From NCBI GenBank assembly GCA_039929125.1, contig JBDSRV010000073.1:16639-80638 (forward strand): 64,000 bases of DNA, given 5' to 3'. The DNA comes from Sphingomicrobium sp. (GTDB lineage: Bacteria; Pseudomonadota; Alphaproteobacteria; Sphingomonadales; Sphingomonadaceae). A model generated the notes under the pieces. It was not told the origin of the DNA and did no database searches. It was given only the letters and a program-made list of their open reading frames with translations. The first letter of the stretch is position 1, and every line of letters begins with the position of its first letter. This document shows, piece after piece, positions 10,534-19,498 of the stretch. The translations under genes were made by a program, and so were the position numbers.

Positions 10534-10815
10534 ATGGCCATTGCCCGCATCGTCGAGGAACAGCGCAACACCACCCAGTCGGGCAAGGCCCGCCAGGGCC
10601 GCTGGCTGCTCGATTACGAGCGGACCGAGCCGCAGCGCCCCGATCCGCTGACCGGCTGGTCGGGGTCGGGCGATACCGACACCCAGATCCGGTTGAGCTT
10701 CGACAGCAAGGAGGAGGCCATGGCCTTCGCCGCGCGAAAAGGGCTGGAGGTTCACCTCGTCCCATCGGCCCCCGTGTCGCTGAAGCTGCAGGCCTACGCC
10801 GACAACTTCCGCTAG
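10534..10815 (+). CDS. ETC complex I subunit conserved-region protein (NDUFS4-like)
   Basis: TQSGKA, DPLTGWSGSGDT, LSFDSKEEA, YADNF signature. Confidence 0.85.
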   Translation: MAIARIVEEQRNTTQSGKARQGRWLLDYERTEPQRPDPLTGWSGSGDTDTQIRLSFDSKEEAMAFAARKGLEVHLVPSAPVSLKLQAYADNFR

Positions 10816-10820
10816 GCGGC

Positions 10821-11705
10821 TCAGCCCGTGCCGCGTTCTTCAATGAAATCGCGGATCATCGGCTGCAGGCTGGTATTGTAATTGGCCAGCACGTGGCGCG
10901 TCTCGGCGACGTCGAAATGGGTCAGCAGCCGCTCGCCGTTCCAGAAATGAAGCGCGAACGCCGGCGCGGTGCCAAGGATCAGCGCGCGCCCATCGGGCTT
11001 GGCCGGATCGATCGTGTCGAGATCGAGCGCCAGCCACGGCGCGGTCGATGCGCATACGACCAAAGTCTTGCCCGCGAAGCTGGTCGCGATCGGGCGGTGG
11101 ACGTGGCCCGACAGCATGCCGACGATCTGCGTCGCCGGCTCGATCACGGCGTGCAGCCGCTGGACCCATTGCTCGCATGACAAGGCGCTCATCCAGTCGA
11201 TCCCGGTGTCGACCGGCGGATGATGGAGGATGATGACGGTCGGATCGTCGGGCCGCTCGGCCAGCCTTTGCTCGAGCCAGCCGATGCGCTGCTCGCACAG
11301 CATCCCGCCGTGGCGCCCGGGATCAAGCGTGTCGAGGACGATGAAGCGCAGCCCGCCATGGTCGGTTTCATGCTGGATGAAGCCATTGGGGTCGGTCGGC
11401 ACCTCGGGCAGGACGGTGCTGAAATTGGCGCGGTCGTCGTGGTTGCCGACGGCCCAGATCAATTTGCCCGGCCAGCGCGCGACCAGCGCCCGCACATGGC
11501 GATAAGCGTCCAGATCCTCGCCATTCTCGACCAAGTCGCCGCTGACGATCAGCAGCTCGGGCCGCGGGCTCATCTTGACCAGCTCGTCGATCGCCATGTT
11601 GAGGCGCCGAACGTTCAATTCGGTCGGATTACCGGGATCAAAGCCGATATGGAGATCGGTGATCTGCGCCACCAGCAGGTCGCGCTGCGGAACAGCTTTC
11701 GGCAA
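10821..11705 (-). CDS. Icc/CpdA-like metallophosphoesterase (cyclic nucleotide phosphodiesterase family)
   Basis: DLH, SGDL, GNHD, HHPP, GHVH calcineurin-like motifs. Confidence 0.88.
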   Translation of the reverse strand: MPKAVPQRDLLVAQITDLHIGFDPGNPTELNVRRLNMAIDELVKMSPRPELLIVSGDLVENGEDLDAYRHVRALVARWPGKLIWAVGNHDDRANFSTVLPEVPTDPNGFIQHETDHGGLRFIVLDTLDPGRHGGMLCEQRIGWLEQRLAERPDDPTVIILHHPPVDTGIDWMSALSCEQWVQRLHAVIEPATQIVGMLSGHVHRPIATSFAGKTLVVCASTAPWLALDLDTIDPAKPDGRALILGTAPAFALHFWNGERLLTHFDVAETRHVLANYNTSLQPMIRDFIEERGTG

Positions 11706-11750
11706 TACCCTCTCCCCAGAGGCTCAATCGAATGGGACTGAGGCGCGCGC

Positions 11751-12959
11751 TTGTCAAAGGCTTTTGGGCGCCCGCTTGCGCCGCGCCGTGGTTGCGTCCA
11801 TTCTGGACTTGCCGAGCTAGGGGGAAGGCTGTCCCAGCCAGAAATTGCGATTGTCATCGGGACCCGTCCCGAAGCGATCAAGCTTGCGCCTGTCATTCAC
11901 GCCCTCGACCGTGCGGCTGCGCGGCCTGTCGTCATGCTGACCGGCCAGCACCCGGGGCTGGTGCTGACCGAGCATGGCCTTGGCGCCGTTCGCGCGACGC
12001 CGCTGCGCGAATCCGGGCTGCCCGACCCGCTTGAGCATGTCGATCGCGTGGCGCAGGCGCTGGCCCGCGCCTGGCGCATGCATTCGCCGGACCTGGTGCT
12101 GGTGCAGGGGGATACGTCGAGCGCGCTCGGCGGGGCGCGGGCGGCGGCCGCGCTTGGCCTGCCGCTCGGCCATGTCGAGGCCGGCCTGCGCACCCATGAC
12201 CCGGCCCAGCCGTGGCCCGAGGAAGGGTTCCGGGTCGAAATCGACGCCCTCGCCGATTTGCTGTTCGCGCCGACCGCAGTAAGCGCCGCCAACTTGCGGT
12301 CCGAGGGCTGCGGCGGGGACATCCACGTTACCGGCAACACCGCCATTGATGCGCTGCTCGCGGCGGGCGCGCTGGCCCCGCGTCCGCGCCGCCGCTTTGC
12401 CCGCCGTGCCGCGCCGCTCAAACTGGTGGTGACCTGCCACCGCCGCGAAAGCTGGGGCGCCGGTTTCACGCGGGTCGCCGAAGCGCTCATCGCGCTGGCA
12501 GCGGACGACACGGCGCAGGTGGATGCGCTGCTCCATCCCAATCCAGCAGTCAGCGAAGCGATCGCACTCCTGCTTGGCGGCATTCCCGGCATCCGCCTGC
12601 TGCCCGCGCTGTCGCACGCCGCGATGCTCGACGCGATGCGCGGCGCCGACCTGCTGTTGAGTGACAGCGGCGGGGTGCAGGAGGAAGCGCCGGCGCTCGG
12701 CATTCCGTTGCTTGTCCTGCGCGACAAGACCGAGCGGCCCGAGGCCATCGCTTGCGGCAACATGCGGCTGGTCGGGACGCGCACGGCGCGCATCGTCGCC
12801 GAGGTTCGGCGGCTGGCCAACGACCGGGTGGCGCTCGCCGCGATGGCCCGCCCGGCGCTGCCTTATGGTGACGGCCATGCGGCGCCGCGCATTGCCGCGC
12901 TCAGCCTCGACTGGCTGGCCGGGCGCGGTTCACTCGGGTTCCGGGTGTTGAGCGCCTGA
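11751..12959 (+). CDS. wecB: UDP-N-acetylglucosamine 2-epimerase (non-hydrolysing)
   Basis: GTRPEAIKLAP, QGDT, HVEAGLR, DSGGVQEE, TERPE, YGDG; true start uncertain. Confidence 0.9.
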   Translation: MSKAFGRPLAPRRGCVHSGLAELGGRLSQPEIAIVIGTRPEAIKLAPVIHALDRAAARPVVMLTGQHPGLVLTEHGLGAVRATPLRESGLPDPLEHVDRVAQALARAWRMHSPDLVLVQGDTSSALGGARAAAALGLPLGHVEAGLRTHDPAQPWPEEGFRVEIDALADLLFAPTAVSAANLRSEGCGGDIHVTGNTAIDALLAAGALAPRPRRRFARRAAPLKLVVTCHRRESWGAGFTRVAEALIALAADDTAQVDALLHPNPAVSEAIALLLGGIPGIRLLPALSHAAMLDAMRGADLLLSDSGGVQEEAPALGIPLLVLRDKTERPEAIACGNMRLVGTRTARIVAEVRRLANDRVALAAMARPALPYGDGHAAPRIAALSLDWLAGRGSLGFRVLSA

Positions 12960-12988
12960 TTGACTCATCCGCCCCCGCCAAGCATAGG
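12960..12988 (+). promoter_or_regulatory. Probable sigma70 promoter of tRNA-Glu
   Basis: TTGACT followed by a GCATAG -10-like element just upstream of the tRNA. Confidence 0.5.
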
Positions 12989-13006
12989 CCCGACGCGCTG
13001 CCGCAC

Positions 13007-13081
13007 GGCCCCTTCGTCTAGCGGTTAGGACGTCGCCCTCTCACGGCGAAAACACGAGTTCGATTCTCGTAGGGGTCACCA
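13007..13081 (+). tRNA. tRNA-Glu (anticodon CTC)
   Basis: Acceptor GGCCCCT/AGGGGTC, anticodon arm TCGCC-CTCTCAC-GGCGA, GTTCGATTC T-loop, encoded CCA. Confidence 0.96.
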
Positions 13082-13087
13082 GCCTGG

Positions 13088-13810
13088 CTATCCGCCGAGC
13101 GCGTCCACCAACTCCAGCGCATTGACCGTCGCCGCGGATGACGCGGTATTATCGAACATGCACCAGGCGTCGGTTCCCGCCGGCAGCGCACGAATAGCCT
13201 CGGCATAAGCCGCGATCGCGAGCGGTTCATAGGGTGACCGATAGATGCGCGGCGACCCATGCAGCCGCCGATAGGCAAGCTGCCTTGCCCCGCCTGGCCG
13301 CGCCGCCGCCGGGCACAGCGCCGGGTCGGCCGCGACCCGCGCGATCCGGCGCGCGGCCAGCCACTCGTCGACCGCCTCATCGAACCAGCTCGCGTGGCGC
13401 GGCTCGCAGGCCACCGCGGCGCGGCTGCCCGTGACCAGCCGATCGAGCAATGGGCCGGCGACCGCGGCGTCGAATGCCAGGCTTGGCGGCAGCTGGACGA
13501 GGACCACCGCCAGCTTCGACCCAAGACCCTCGGTCTCCGCGAGGAACGCATCGGCCAATGCCTCGCAGCCGAGCAGCCGCGCCTGGTGGGTGATCGTCTT
13601 GGGCAGCTTGGCGGCGAAGCGGAATTCGGCGGGCACCGCCTCGGCCCACGCCGCCCAGGTCGCCGACCGGTGGCTGCGGTGGAACGACGAGTTGATCTCG
13701 ACCCCGTTGAATCGCGTGGCATAGCGCGCCAGGTTCGACGCGCCCTCGCCAAAGTCGCCCCGCACCGCGGCCGGCAACGCCCAGCCAGCGGTCCCGATCG
13801 TCGCCTTCAC
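13088..13810 (-). CDS. DUF72 family protein
   Basis: IGTAGW, VEINSSFHR, FAAKLPKTITH, LVQLPPSL, CEPRH, RLHG, WCMFDN. Confidence 0.9.
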   Translation of the reverse strand: MKATIGTAGWALPAAVRGDFGEGASNLARYATRFNGVEINSSFHRSHRSATWAAWAEAVPAEFRFAAKLPKTITHQARLLGCEALADAFLAETEGLGSKLAVVLVQLPPSLAFDAAVAGPLLDRLVTGSRAAVACEPRHASWFDEAVDEWLAARRIARVAADPALCPAAARPGGARQLAYRRLHGSPRIYRSPYEPLAIAAYAEAIRALPAGTDAWCMFDNTASSAATVNALELVDALGG

Positions 13811-14544
13811 CCGCTACTCACGCCGGGCGCGGCGAAGCTCCCGATCCCGCCATCGGTGCCGCAGAGCCGGTCCCAGTGGCGGAAATAGAGACCGTAGTTG
13901 CAACGGTACTTGCGGTGATGGAGCTCGTGGTGGCTGGCGGTGATCAGCCAGCGCCCCGCCCGCCCGTCGACCAGCCAGCGCGGAAACAGCTCCCACCCCA
14001 TGTGATTGGTGACGCCCATCAGCGTCATGATGCCCAGCACCAGCCCCAGCACCGCGACATGGATCGGCACCACGAACACCAGCGCCGGAATCACCACCGC
14101 GCCCGACAGCGCCTCCCACGGCGAAAAACTCATCGCCGCCCAGGCGGTCGGCGGGCGGCTGGCGTGATGCACCGAATGCATCGCCTTGTACCACCACGGC
14201 CTGTGCATCAGCCGGTGCGTCCAATAGAACCAGGCGTCATGCAACAGCAGGTAGAGGAGCAACGAGGCGGGCAGCCACCACCAGGGATATGCGTCAACAT
14301 CGCCGTAGATCCGCGTCCAGCCGCGCTGCTGCCAGCCCCAGGCGACGACCCCCGCCGGCACGCCATAGATTGCCGCCGAGGCAAGGCTCCAGCCGATTTC
14401 GCGCCGCACTTGCTTCGACTGCCTCGCCAGCCGGCCCGGATAGCGCCGCGCGGTCAGCGCTGCGAAGAGGCCGCTCGACGCGACATAACGCAGCGCGACG
14501 ATCAGGCTCATGGCCAGCGCGGACAGAATGACGGCGGACATCAT
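13807..14544 (-). CDS. crtG: Carotenoid 2,2'-beta-hydroxylase (sterol desaturase superfamily)
   Basis: His boxes HDAWFYWTHRLMH, HSVHH, HHELHH, NYGLYF; N-terminal SLIVALRY resembles CrtG as recalled; divergent from crtY. Confidence 0.8.
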   Translation of the reverse strand: MMSAVILSALAMSLIVALRYVASSGLFAALTARRYPGRLARQSKQVRREIGWSLASAAIYGVPAGVVAWGWQQRGWTRIYGDVDAYPWWWLPASLLLYLLLHDAWFYWTHRLMHRPWWYKAMHSVHHASRPPTAWAAMSFSPWEALSGAVVIPALVFVVPIHVAVLGLVLGIMTLMGVTNHMGWELFPRWLVDGRAGRWLITASHHELHHRKYRCNYGLYFRHWDRLCGTDGGIGSFAAPGVSSG

Positions 14545-14590
14545 CGCGCCAGACTAGGCGCGCACCGCCGCTGCGGCTAGAGCGCGGGCG

Positions 14591-15718
14591 ATGCCAGCTA
14601 AGCGCCCCGACCTGATCATACTCGGCGGCGGGCTGGCCGGCGGACTGACCGCGCTGGCACTGCGGCGGGCGCGTCCCGACCTGGCGCTGATCATCGTCGA
14701 GCCGGGGGAGCGGATCGGCGGCAATCATTTGTGGAGCTATTTCGCCAGTGACATCCACGAGGCCGACCGGTGGCTGGTCGATCCGCTCGCGGCGCATCGC
14801 TGGCCCGGCTACCGCGTGCGCTTCCCGGCGCATGAGCGGCGCATCGCCGAACCCTATCGGACGATCGAGAGCGAGGCGCTCGACGCGGCGGTGCGGGCGA
14901 GCGGCACGACCGTCATCCGGGCTCGCGCGACGAATGCCACGCCGACCGAAGTCACGCTCGACGATGGCAAGGTTCTCGCCGCCGGCGCGGTACTCGACAC
15001 GCGCGGCCTGACCCAGGTACCCGCCGGGCTCAGCTGTAGTTGGCAGAAATTCGTCGGGCAGTTGCTCGACGTGCCCGCCGGTCACGGCCTTGCCAAGCCG
15101 CTGGTGATGGATGCCCGGGTCAACCAGGCGGACGGCTATCGCTTCGTCTACTGCCTGCCCTTTTCGCCGACGCGCGTTTTTGTCGAGGACACCTATTACG
15201 CGGACACGCCGGACCTCCACCAGGCCGAACTCACCGCGCGCATCGCCGCCTACGCCTCGGCACAAGGCTGGGCCGTGGCCGCCATCAGCCGCACCGAAAG
15301 CGGTGTCCTTCCGGTCGTCACCGGGGGCGACTTCGACCTCTTCTGGCCGGCCGCCGATATCCTTGCCCGCGGCGGGGTGCGCGCCGGGCTGTTCCATCCG
15401 CTGACCAGTTATTCGCTGCCCGACGCGGTGCGCTTCGCCGCCGCGTTCGCGGCCGATCCCGCGCTCGACACGCGGAGCTATGCCAAGGCGCACTGGCGGC
15501 GCGGCAGGTTCGACCGGCTGCTGGCGACAATGCTGATGGAGGCCGCCGACCCGCCGCAGCGCTACCGCGTGCTCGAGCGCTTCTACCGCCTCCCCGCCCC
15601 GCTCATCGCCCGCTTCTATGCCGGCCGCTCCACTTTTTTCGACCGCGCGCGCATCCTCGCCGGGCGCCCGCCCGTATCGCTGGCGCGGGCCGTCCGCGCC
15701 ATCAGGGGGACCAAGTGA
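14591..15718 (+). CDS. crtY: Lycopene beta-cyclase
   Basis: GGGLAG, NHLWSYF, VEDTYY, FHPLTSYSLPDAV. Confidence 0.93.
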   Translation: MPAKRPDLIILGGGLAGGLTALALRRARPDLALIIVEPGERIGGNHLWSYFASDIHEADRWLVDPLAAHRWPGYRVRFPAHERRIAEPYRTIESEALDAAVRASGTTVIRARATNATPTEVTLDDGKVLAAGAVLDTRGLTQVPAGLSCSWQKFVGQLLDVPAGHGLAKPLVMDARVNQADGYRFVYCLPFSPTRVFVEDTYYADTPDLHQAELTARIAAYASAQGWAVAAISRTESGVLPVVTGGDFDLFWPAADILARGGVRAGLFHPLTSYSLPDAVRFAAAFAADPALDTRSYAKAHWRRGRFDRLLATMLMEAADPPQRYRVLERFYRLPAPLIARFYAGRSTFFDRARILAGRPPVSLARAVRAIRGTK

Positions 15719-17181
15719 AGTCAGCCATCGTCATCGGCTCGGGGTTCGGCGGTTTGGCGCTCGCCATCCGCCTCCAGTCTGCCGGCGTGCAAACGACCAT
15801 CGTCGAGGCGCGCGACAAGCCTGGCGGCCGCGCTTACCATTGGCAACGCGACGGCCATACGTTCGACGCCGGGCCGACGGTCATCACCGATCCCGACTGC
15901 CTCAAGCGGTTGTGGGCGATCAGCGGGCACACCATGGCAGCCGACGTCGAGCTGGTCCCAGTGATGCCATTCTACGCGCTCGACTGGCCCGACGGGACGC
16001 GGTTTGATTATTCGAACGACGACGAACAATTGTTCGCGCAGATCGAGGCGCTCAACCCGGCCGACGTCGCCGGCTACAAGCGCTTCCTGGCTTACGCGGC
16101 GGGCGTCTATGAAGAAGGCTATGTCAAGCTGGGCGCCAAGGCGTTCGAAAGCCTGAGCGACATGCTCAAGGCGGCGCCCGCGCTGGCCCGCTACCAGGCG
16201 TGGCGGTCGGTCTATTCCGTGGTTTCAAGCTTTGTGAAGAACGAATATTTGCGGCAAGCACTCAGTTTTCACACGCTACTGGTCGGCGGGAACCCGATGA
16301 CCTGCTCGTCGATCTACGCGCTCATCCACAAGCTCGAGCGCGACGGCGGCGTGTGGTTCGCGATGGGCGGCACCAACAAGCTCATCGCCGGCATGGTCGC
16401 GCTGTTCGAGCGACTGGGCGGGACGCTGCGCCTCAACGATCCCGCCGTGGCGATCGAAACGCAAAACCACCGCGCCACCGCCGTCCGCACCGCTTCGGGC
16501 TGGCGCGGGACGGCTGACGCGGTCGCCAGCAACGGCGATATCGTCGCCAGCTATGGCTTGATCGAGGGCGACCGGCGCGGGCCCTCGCGGGTTCGGTCGC
16601 TCAAGCGCAAGCGCTACTCGCCGTCCTTGTTCGTGCTTCACTTCGGGCTGGAAGGGACGTGCCCGGACATTCCCCACCACATGATATTGTTCGGCCCGCG
16701 CTACCGCGAGCTGCTCGGCGACATTTATGACCGGGGCAAGCTCGCTACCGATCCCGCGCTCTATCTCCATCACCCGACCGCAACCGACCCGTCGATGGCG
16801 CCGCCGGGCTGCTCGACCTTTTACGCGCTGGCGCCGGTGCCGCACCTCGGCAAGGCCGATGTCGACTGGAACGAGGAAGGGGAACGCTATGCCAAGATCA
16901 TCCTCGACACGATCGAGGCTCGGCTGATCCCGGACATCAGGTCTCGAATCCGGACTCAATTCCATTATGCGCCGAGCGATTTCCAGTCGGACCTGTTCGC
17001 CCACCTTGGCAGCGCCTTCAGCCTGGAGCCGATCCTGACCCAGTCGGCGTGGCTGCGGCCGCACAACCGCGACGACGTCATCAAGAACCTCTACTTCGTA
17101 GGGGCCGGCACGCACCCCGGCGCCGGCATTCCGGGCGTGGTCGGTTCGGCCGAGGCGACCGCGGGCCTGATGCTGGCATGA
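15715..17181 (+). CDS. crtI: Phytoene desaturase
   Basis: GTG start overlapping crtY stop; IGSGFGG, FDAGPTVI, LYFVGAGTHPGAGIPGV. Confidence 0.95.
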   Translation: MKSAIVIGSGFGGLALAIRLQSAGVQTTIVEARDKPGGRAYHWQRDGHTFDAGPTVITDPDCLKRLWAISGHTMAADVELVPVMPFYALDWPDGTRFDYSNDDEQLFAQIEALNPADVAGYKRFLAYAAGVYEEGYVKLGAKAFESLSDMLKAAPALARYQAWRSVYSVVSSFVKNEYLRQALSFHTLLVGGNPMTCSSIYALIHKLERDGGVWFAMGGTNKLIAGMVALFERLGGTLRLNDPAVAIETQNHRATAVRTASGWRGTADAVASNGDIVASYGLIEGDRRGPSRVRSLKRKRYSPSLFVLHFGLEGTCPDIPHHMILFGPRYRELLGDIYDRGKLATDPALYLHHPTATDPSMAPPGCSTFYALAPVPHLGKADVDWNEEGERYAKIILDTIEARLIPDIRSRIRTQFHYAPSDFQSDLFAHLGSAFSLEPILTQSAWLRPHNRDDVIKNLYFVGAGTHPGAGIPGVVGSAEATAGLMLA

Positions 17182-18212
17182 CCGCCGACCGCCAGCGGCT
17201 GGTCGAGGAGGCGCAGCGAACCATCGCCGCGGGGTCGAAGAGCTTCCGCTTCGCCAGCCAGATCTTCGACCTCAAAACCCGCGAGCGCAGCTGGCTGCTC
17301 TACAGCTGGTGCCGGGCGTGCGACGACGTCACCGACGGCCAGACCCTGGGCCATGACGCGCAGGTCCCGGGCGACCCCGCCGCGCGGATCGCCTTCCTTA
17401 CCGGGATGACCGACGCCGCCTTGGCCGGGCGGACGACCGGCATCGCCCCGTTCGACGCCCTCGCCGCGGTCGCCGCCGAGACCGCTATCCCCGCCGATCT
17501 GCCGCACGATCATTTGGCCGGATTCGCCCGCGACGCCGCCGGGTGGAGCCCGGCCAACGCAGAGGAACTGCTGAGCTATTGCTACCAGGTGGCCGGCGCG
17601 GTGGGGGTGATGATGGCCCATGTGATGGGCGTCGACCCCGGCGTTTCCGACCCTTTGGCTGGCGACACGATGAACCGCGCATCCGACCTTGGGATCGCCT
17701 TCCAGCTCGCCAATATCGCGCGCGACATCGTCGACGATGCCCGGGTCGGGCGCTGCTACCTCCCCGCCGACTGGCTGGCGGCCGAAGGGCTGACCGGCGC
17801 CGACCTGACCGATCCGCGCCACCGCCCGGCGCTCTCCCGGGTCACGCGCCGTCTCGCCGATTTGGCCGATGCCTATCGCCGGTCGAGCAAGGTCGGCGCC
17901 GCCCGGCTGCCGTTCCGCAGCCGCTGGGCAGTGCTGTCGGCGGCCGGCATCTATGGCGAGGTCGCGACCCGCGCGGTGGCGCTCGGCCCGCGCGCCTGGG
18001 ACCGGCGCATCAGCATTTCAAAGGCGGAGAAATTCGCGCTGGTGATCGAAGCGTTCGGCGAGGCGCTGATGCCCGCCCCCAAACTCAGCCGCGAAGGGCT
18101 GTGGACTCGGGCGTTGCCGTCGGGTTCGGCGCCCGCAGCCGACCGGCCTCGCCGGTCGCCAAAGCGGCCTTCAGCCGATCGACCGGCGGCGACCACAGGA
18201 AGCCGAAGCTGA
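17178..18212 (+). CDS. crtB: Phytoene synthase
   Basis: GSKSF, WCRACDDVTD, YCYQVAGAVG, LGIAFQLANIARDIVDD; ATG overlaps crtI stop. Confidence 0.93.
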   Translation: MTADRQRLVEEAQRTIAAGSKSFRFASQIFDLKTRERSWLLYSWCRACDDVTDGQTLGHDAQVPGDPAARIAFLTGMTDAALAGRTTGIAPFDALAAVAAETAIPADLPHDHLAGFARDAAGWSPANAEELLSYCYQVAGAVGVMMAHVMGVDPGVSDPLAGDTMNRASDLGIAFQLANIARDIVDDARVGRCYLPADWLAAEGLTGADLTDPRHRPALSRVTRRLADLADAYRRSSKVGAARLPFRSRWAVLSAAGIYGEVATRAVALGPRAWDRRISISKAEKFALVIEAFGEALMPAPKLSREGLWTRALPSGSAPAADRPRRSPKRPSADRPAATTGSRS

Positions 18213-18618
18213 CCGTGCCCAAGCGGCTTTCAACCGCGTGGTGGAGCCGGTGGGCCTGGACGATCCGCTTGAAATAGGCCGAGCGCGGCACGACCCGGTG
18301 GGCGACGCGGCGGTGGACGATGACGTCGTGGAAGCCGACATAAATGGCGCCATAGGCGGCGATCCCGGCCCCGACCCAGGCCGCCCACGCCCCCCAGTCG
18401 CCCTGCACGCCCTGATAGAGCAGGAAGATCGACGGCAAGGCGAAGATCACGCCGTACAAATCGTTGAGTTCGAACCGCCCGGCGCGGGGGCGGTGGTGGC
18501 TCTTGTGGAGCGTCCAGCCGAGGCGGCCATGCATCACCCAGCGGTGCATGACGTAGGCGAAGCCTTCCATGAAGGCGACCGTCAGGACGAACAGGACGAG
18601 GCCGGAAATCAGGGACAT
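18085..18618 (-). CDS. crtZ: Beta-carotene 3-hydroxylase
   Basis: MEGFAYVMHRWVMHG, HKSHH, FELNDLY, HDVIVH, HRLHH, SFGFL. Confidence 0.93.
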   Translation of the reverse strand: MSLISGLVLFVLTVAFMEGFAYVMHRWVMHGRLGWTLHKSHHRPRAGRFELNDLYGVIFALPSIFLLYQGVQGDWGAWAAWVGAGIAAYGAIYVGFHDVIVHRRVAHRVVPRSAYFKRIVQAHRLHHAVESRLGTVSFGFLWSPPVDRLKAALATGEAGRLRAPNPTATPESTALRG

Positions 18619-18636
18619 ACAGCCCCTATACACCGA

Positions 18637-18930
18637 TCATTGCGGCTCGGACAGGAAACGCATCAGCTGCGCCAGGGTCGCTTCCATCTGGTCCTGCATC
18701 TGGGTGATCAGCTCATTTTCCCGCATGCCTTCATGGTCGAGCGGCTTCGAGTAGCTGTCCGAAAAGGCCTGGAGGTCTTCCTTGTCGAAGATGCCCTTGG
18801 CGACCAGCTTGGCGAGGATCACGAGCAGGCCGTTGGTGTTGGCGATGTTGCCCGCGACCAGCGCCTCGTCGACCATCGACAGATTGGCGTCTTCATCCTC
18901 GTCGTCGAGGTCGTCGATGATCTCGTCCAT
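18637..18930 (-). CDS. Small acidic hypothetical protein (97 aa)
   Basis: MDEIIDDLDDEDEDANLSMVDEALVAGNIANTNGLL...; host-like codon usage; start abuts upstream stop. Confidence 0.7.
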   Translation of the reverse strand: MDEIIDDLDDEDEDANLSMVDEALVAGNIANTNGLLVILAKLVAKGIFDKEDLQAFSDSYSKPLDHEGMRENELITQMQDQMEATLAQLMRFLSEPQ

Positions 18931-19445
18931 TAGCCCATAGTGCCGCTTTTGCGGGCCAGTGCAAGCGGCCCCAGCACCGCCCAGCGCGCCGCCTTTTGGG
19001 CGAAGGCGAACGTGTAGGCCGGGCTCGACGACGGCAGATCGACCAGCGCCAGGCCCGGCGCCTGCCCAAGCGCCGCCCGCCCGATCCTGGCCGCGGTCTG
19101 GCCGTTGAACGCGACCGCCGCGAGCCGCGGATGGCGGGCAGCGAAATCGGCCAGCGGGTTGGCGCGGGCGCCGCGGATCGCCCCGTCGAGGCTGCCCTCG
19201 CGATGTGCCTCCGCGACCACATCCCACAGCGCAATCCCGCGTGCCGCCAGCCGATCGAGCCGTGCGTCATAGTCAAGCGCGGCGAGCGGCTCGCCGATCG
19301 CGTCGCCGAGCAATCGCCAGAACTGGTTTTGCGGATGGGCATAATAACGTTGCGCGGCGAGCGACGCCTCGCCCGGCAGGCTGCCGAGCAGCAGCAACAC
19401 CGCATCTTGCGCGCCAACCGGCGCCATCGAGGACTTGCGTTCCAT
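18930..19445 (-). CDS. Uracil-DNA glycosylase superfamily protein (DNA-deoxyinosine glycosylase type)
   Basis: LLGSLPG, YYAHPQNQFW, LWDV, FNG, LPSSSPA. Confidence 0.88.
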   Translation of the reverse strand: MERKSSMAPVGAQDAVLLLLGSLPGEASLAAQRYYAHPQNQFWRLLGDAIGEPLAALDYDARLDRLAARGIALWDVVAEAHREGSLDGAIRGARANPLADFAARHPRLAAVAFNGQTAARIGRAALGQAPGLALVDLPSSSPAYTFAFAQKAARWAVLGPLALARKSGTMG

Positions 19446-19498
19446 CGCCCGCCATTAGCGCGACGGTTGCCCGACCGCATCCGCTTTGGCTAAGGCCG

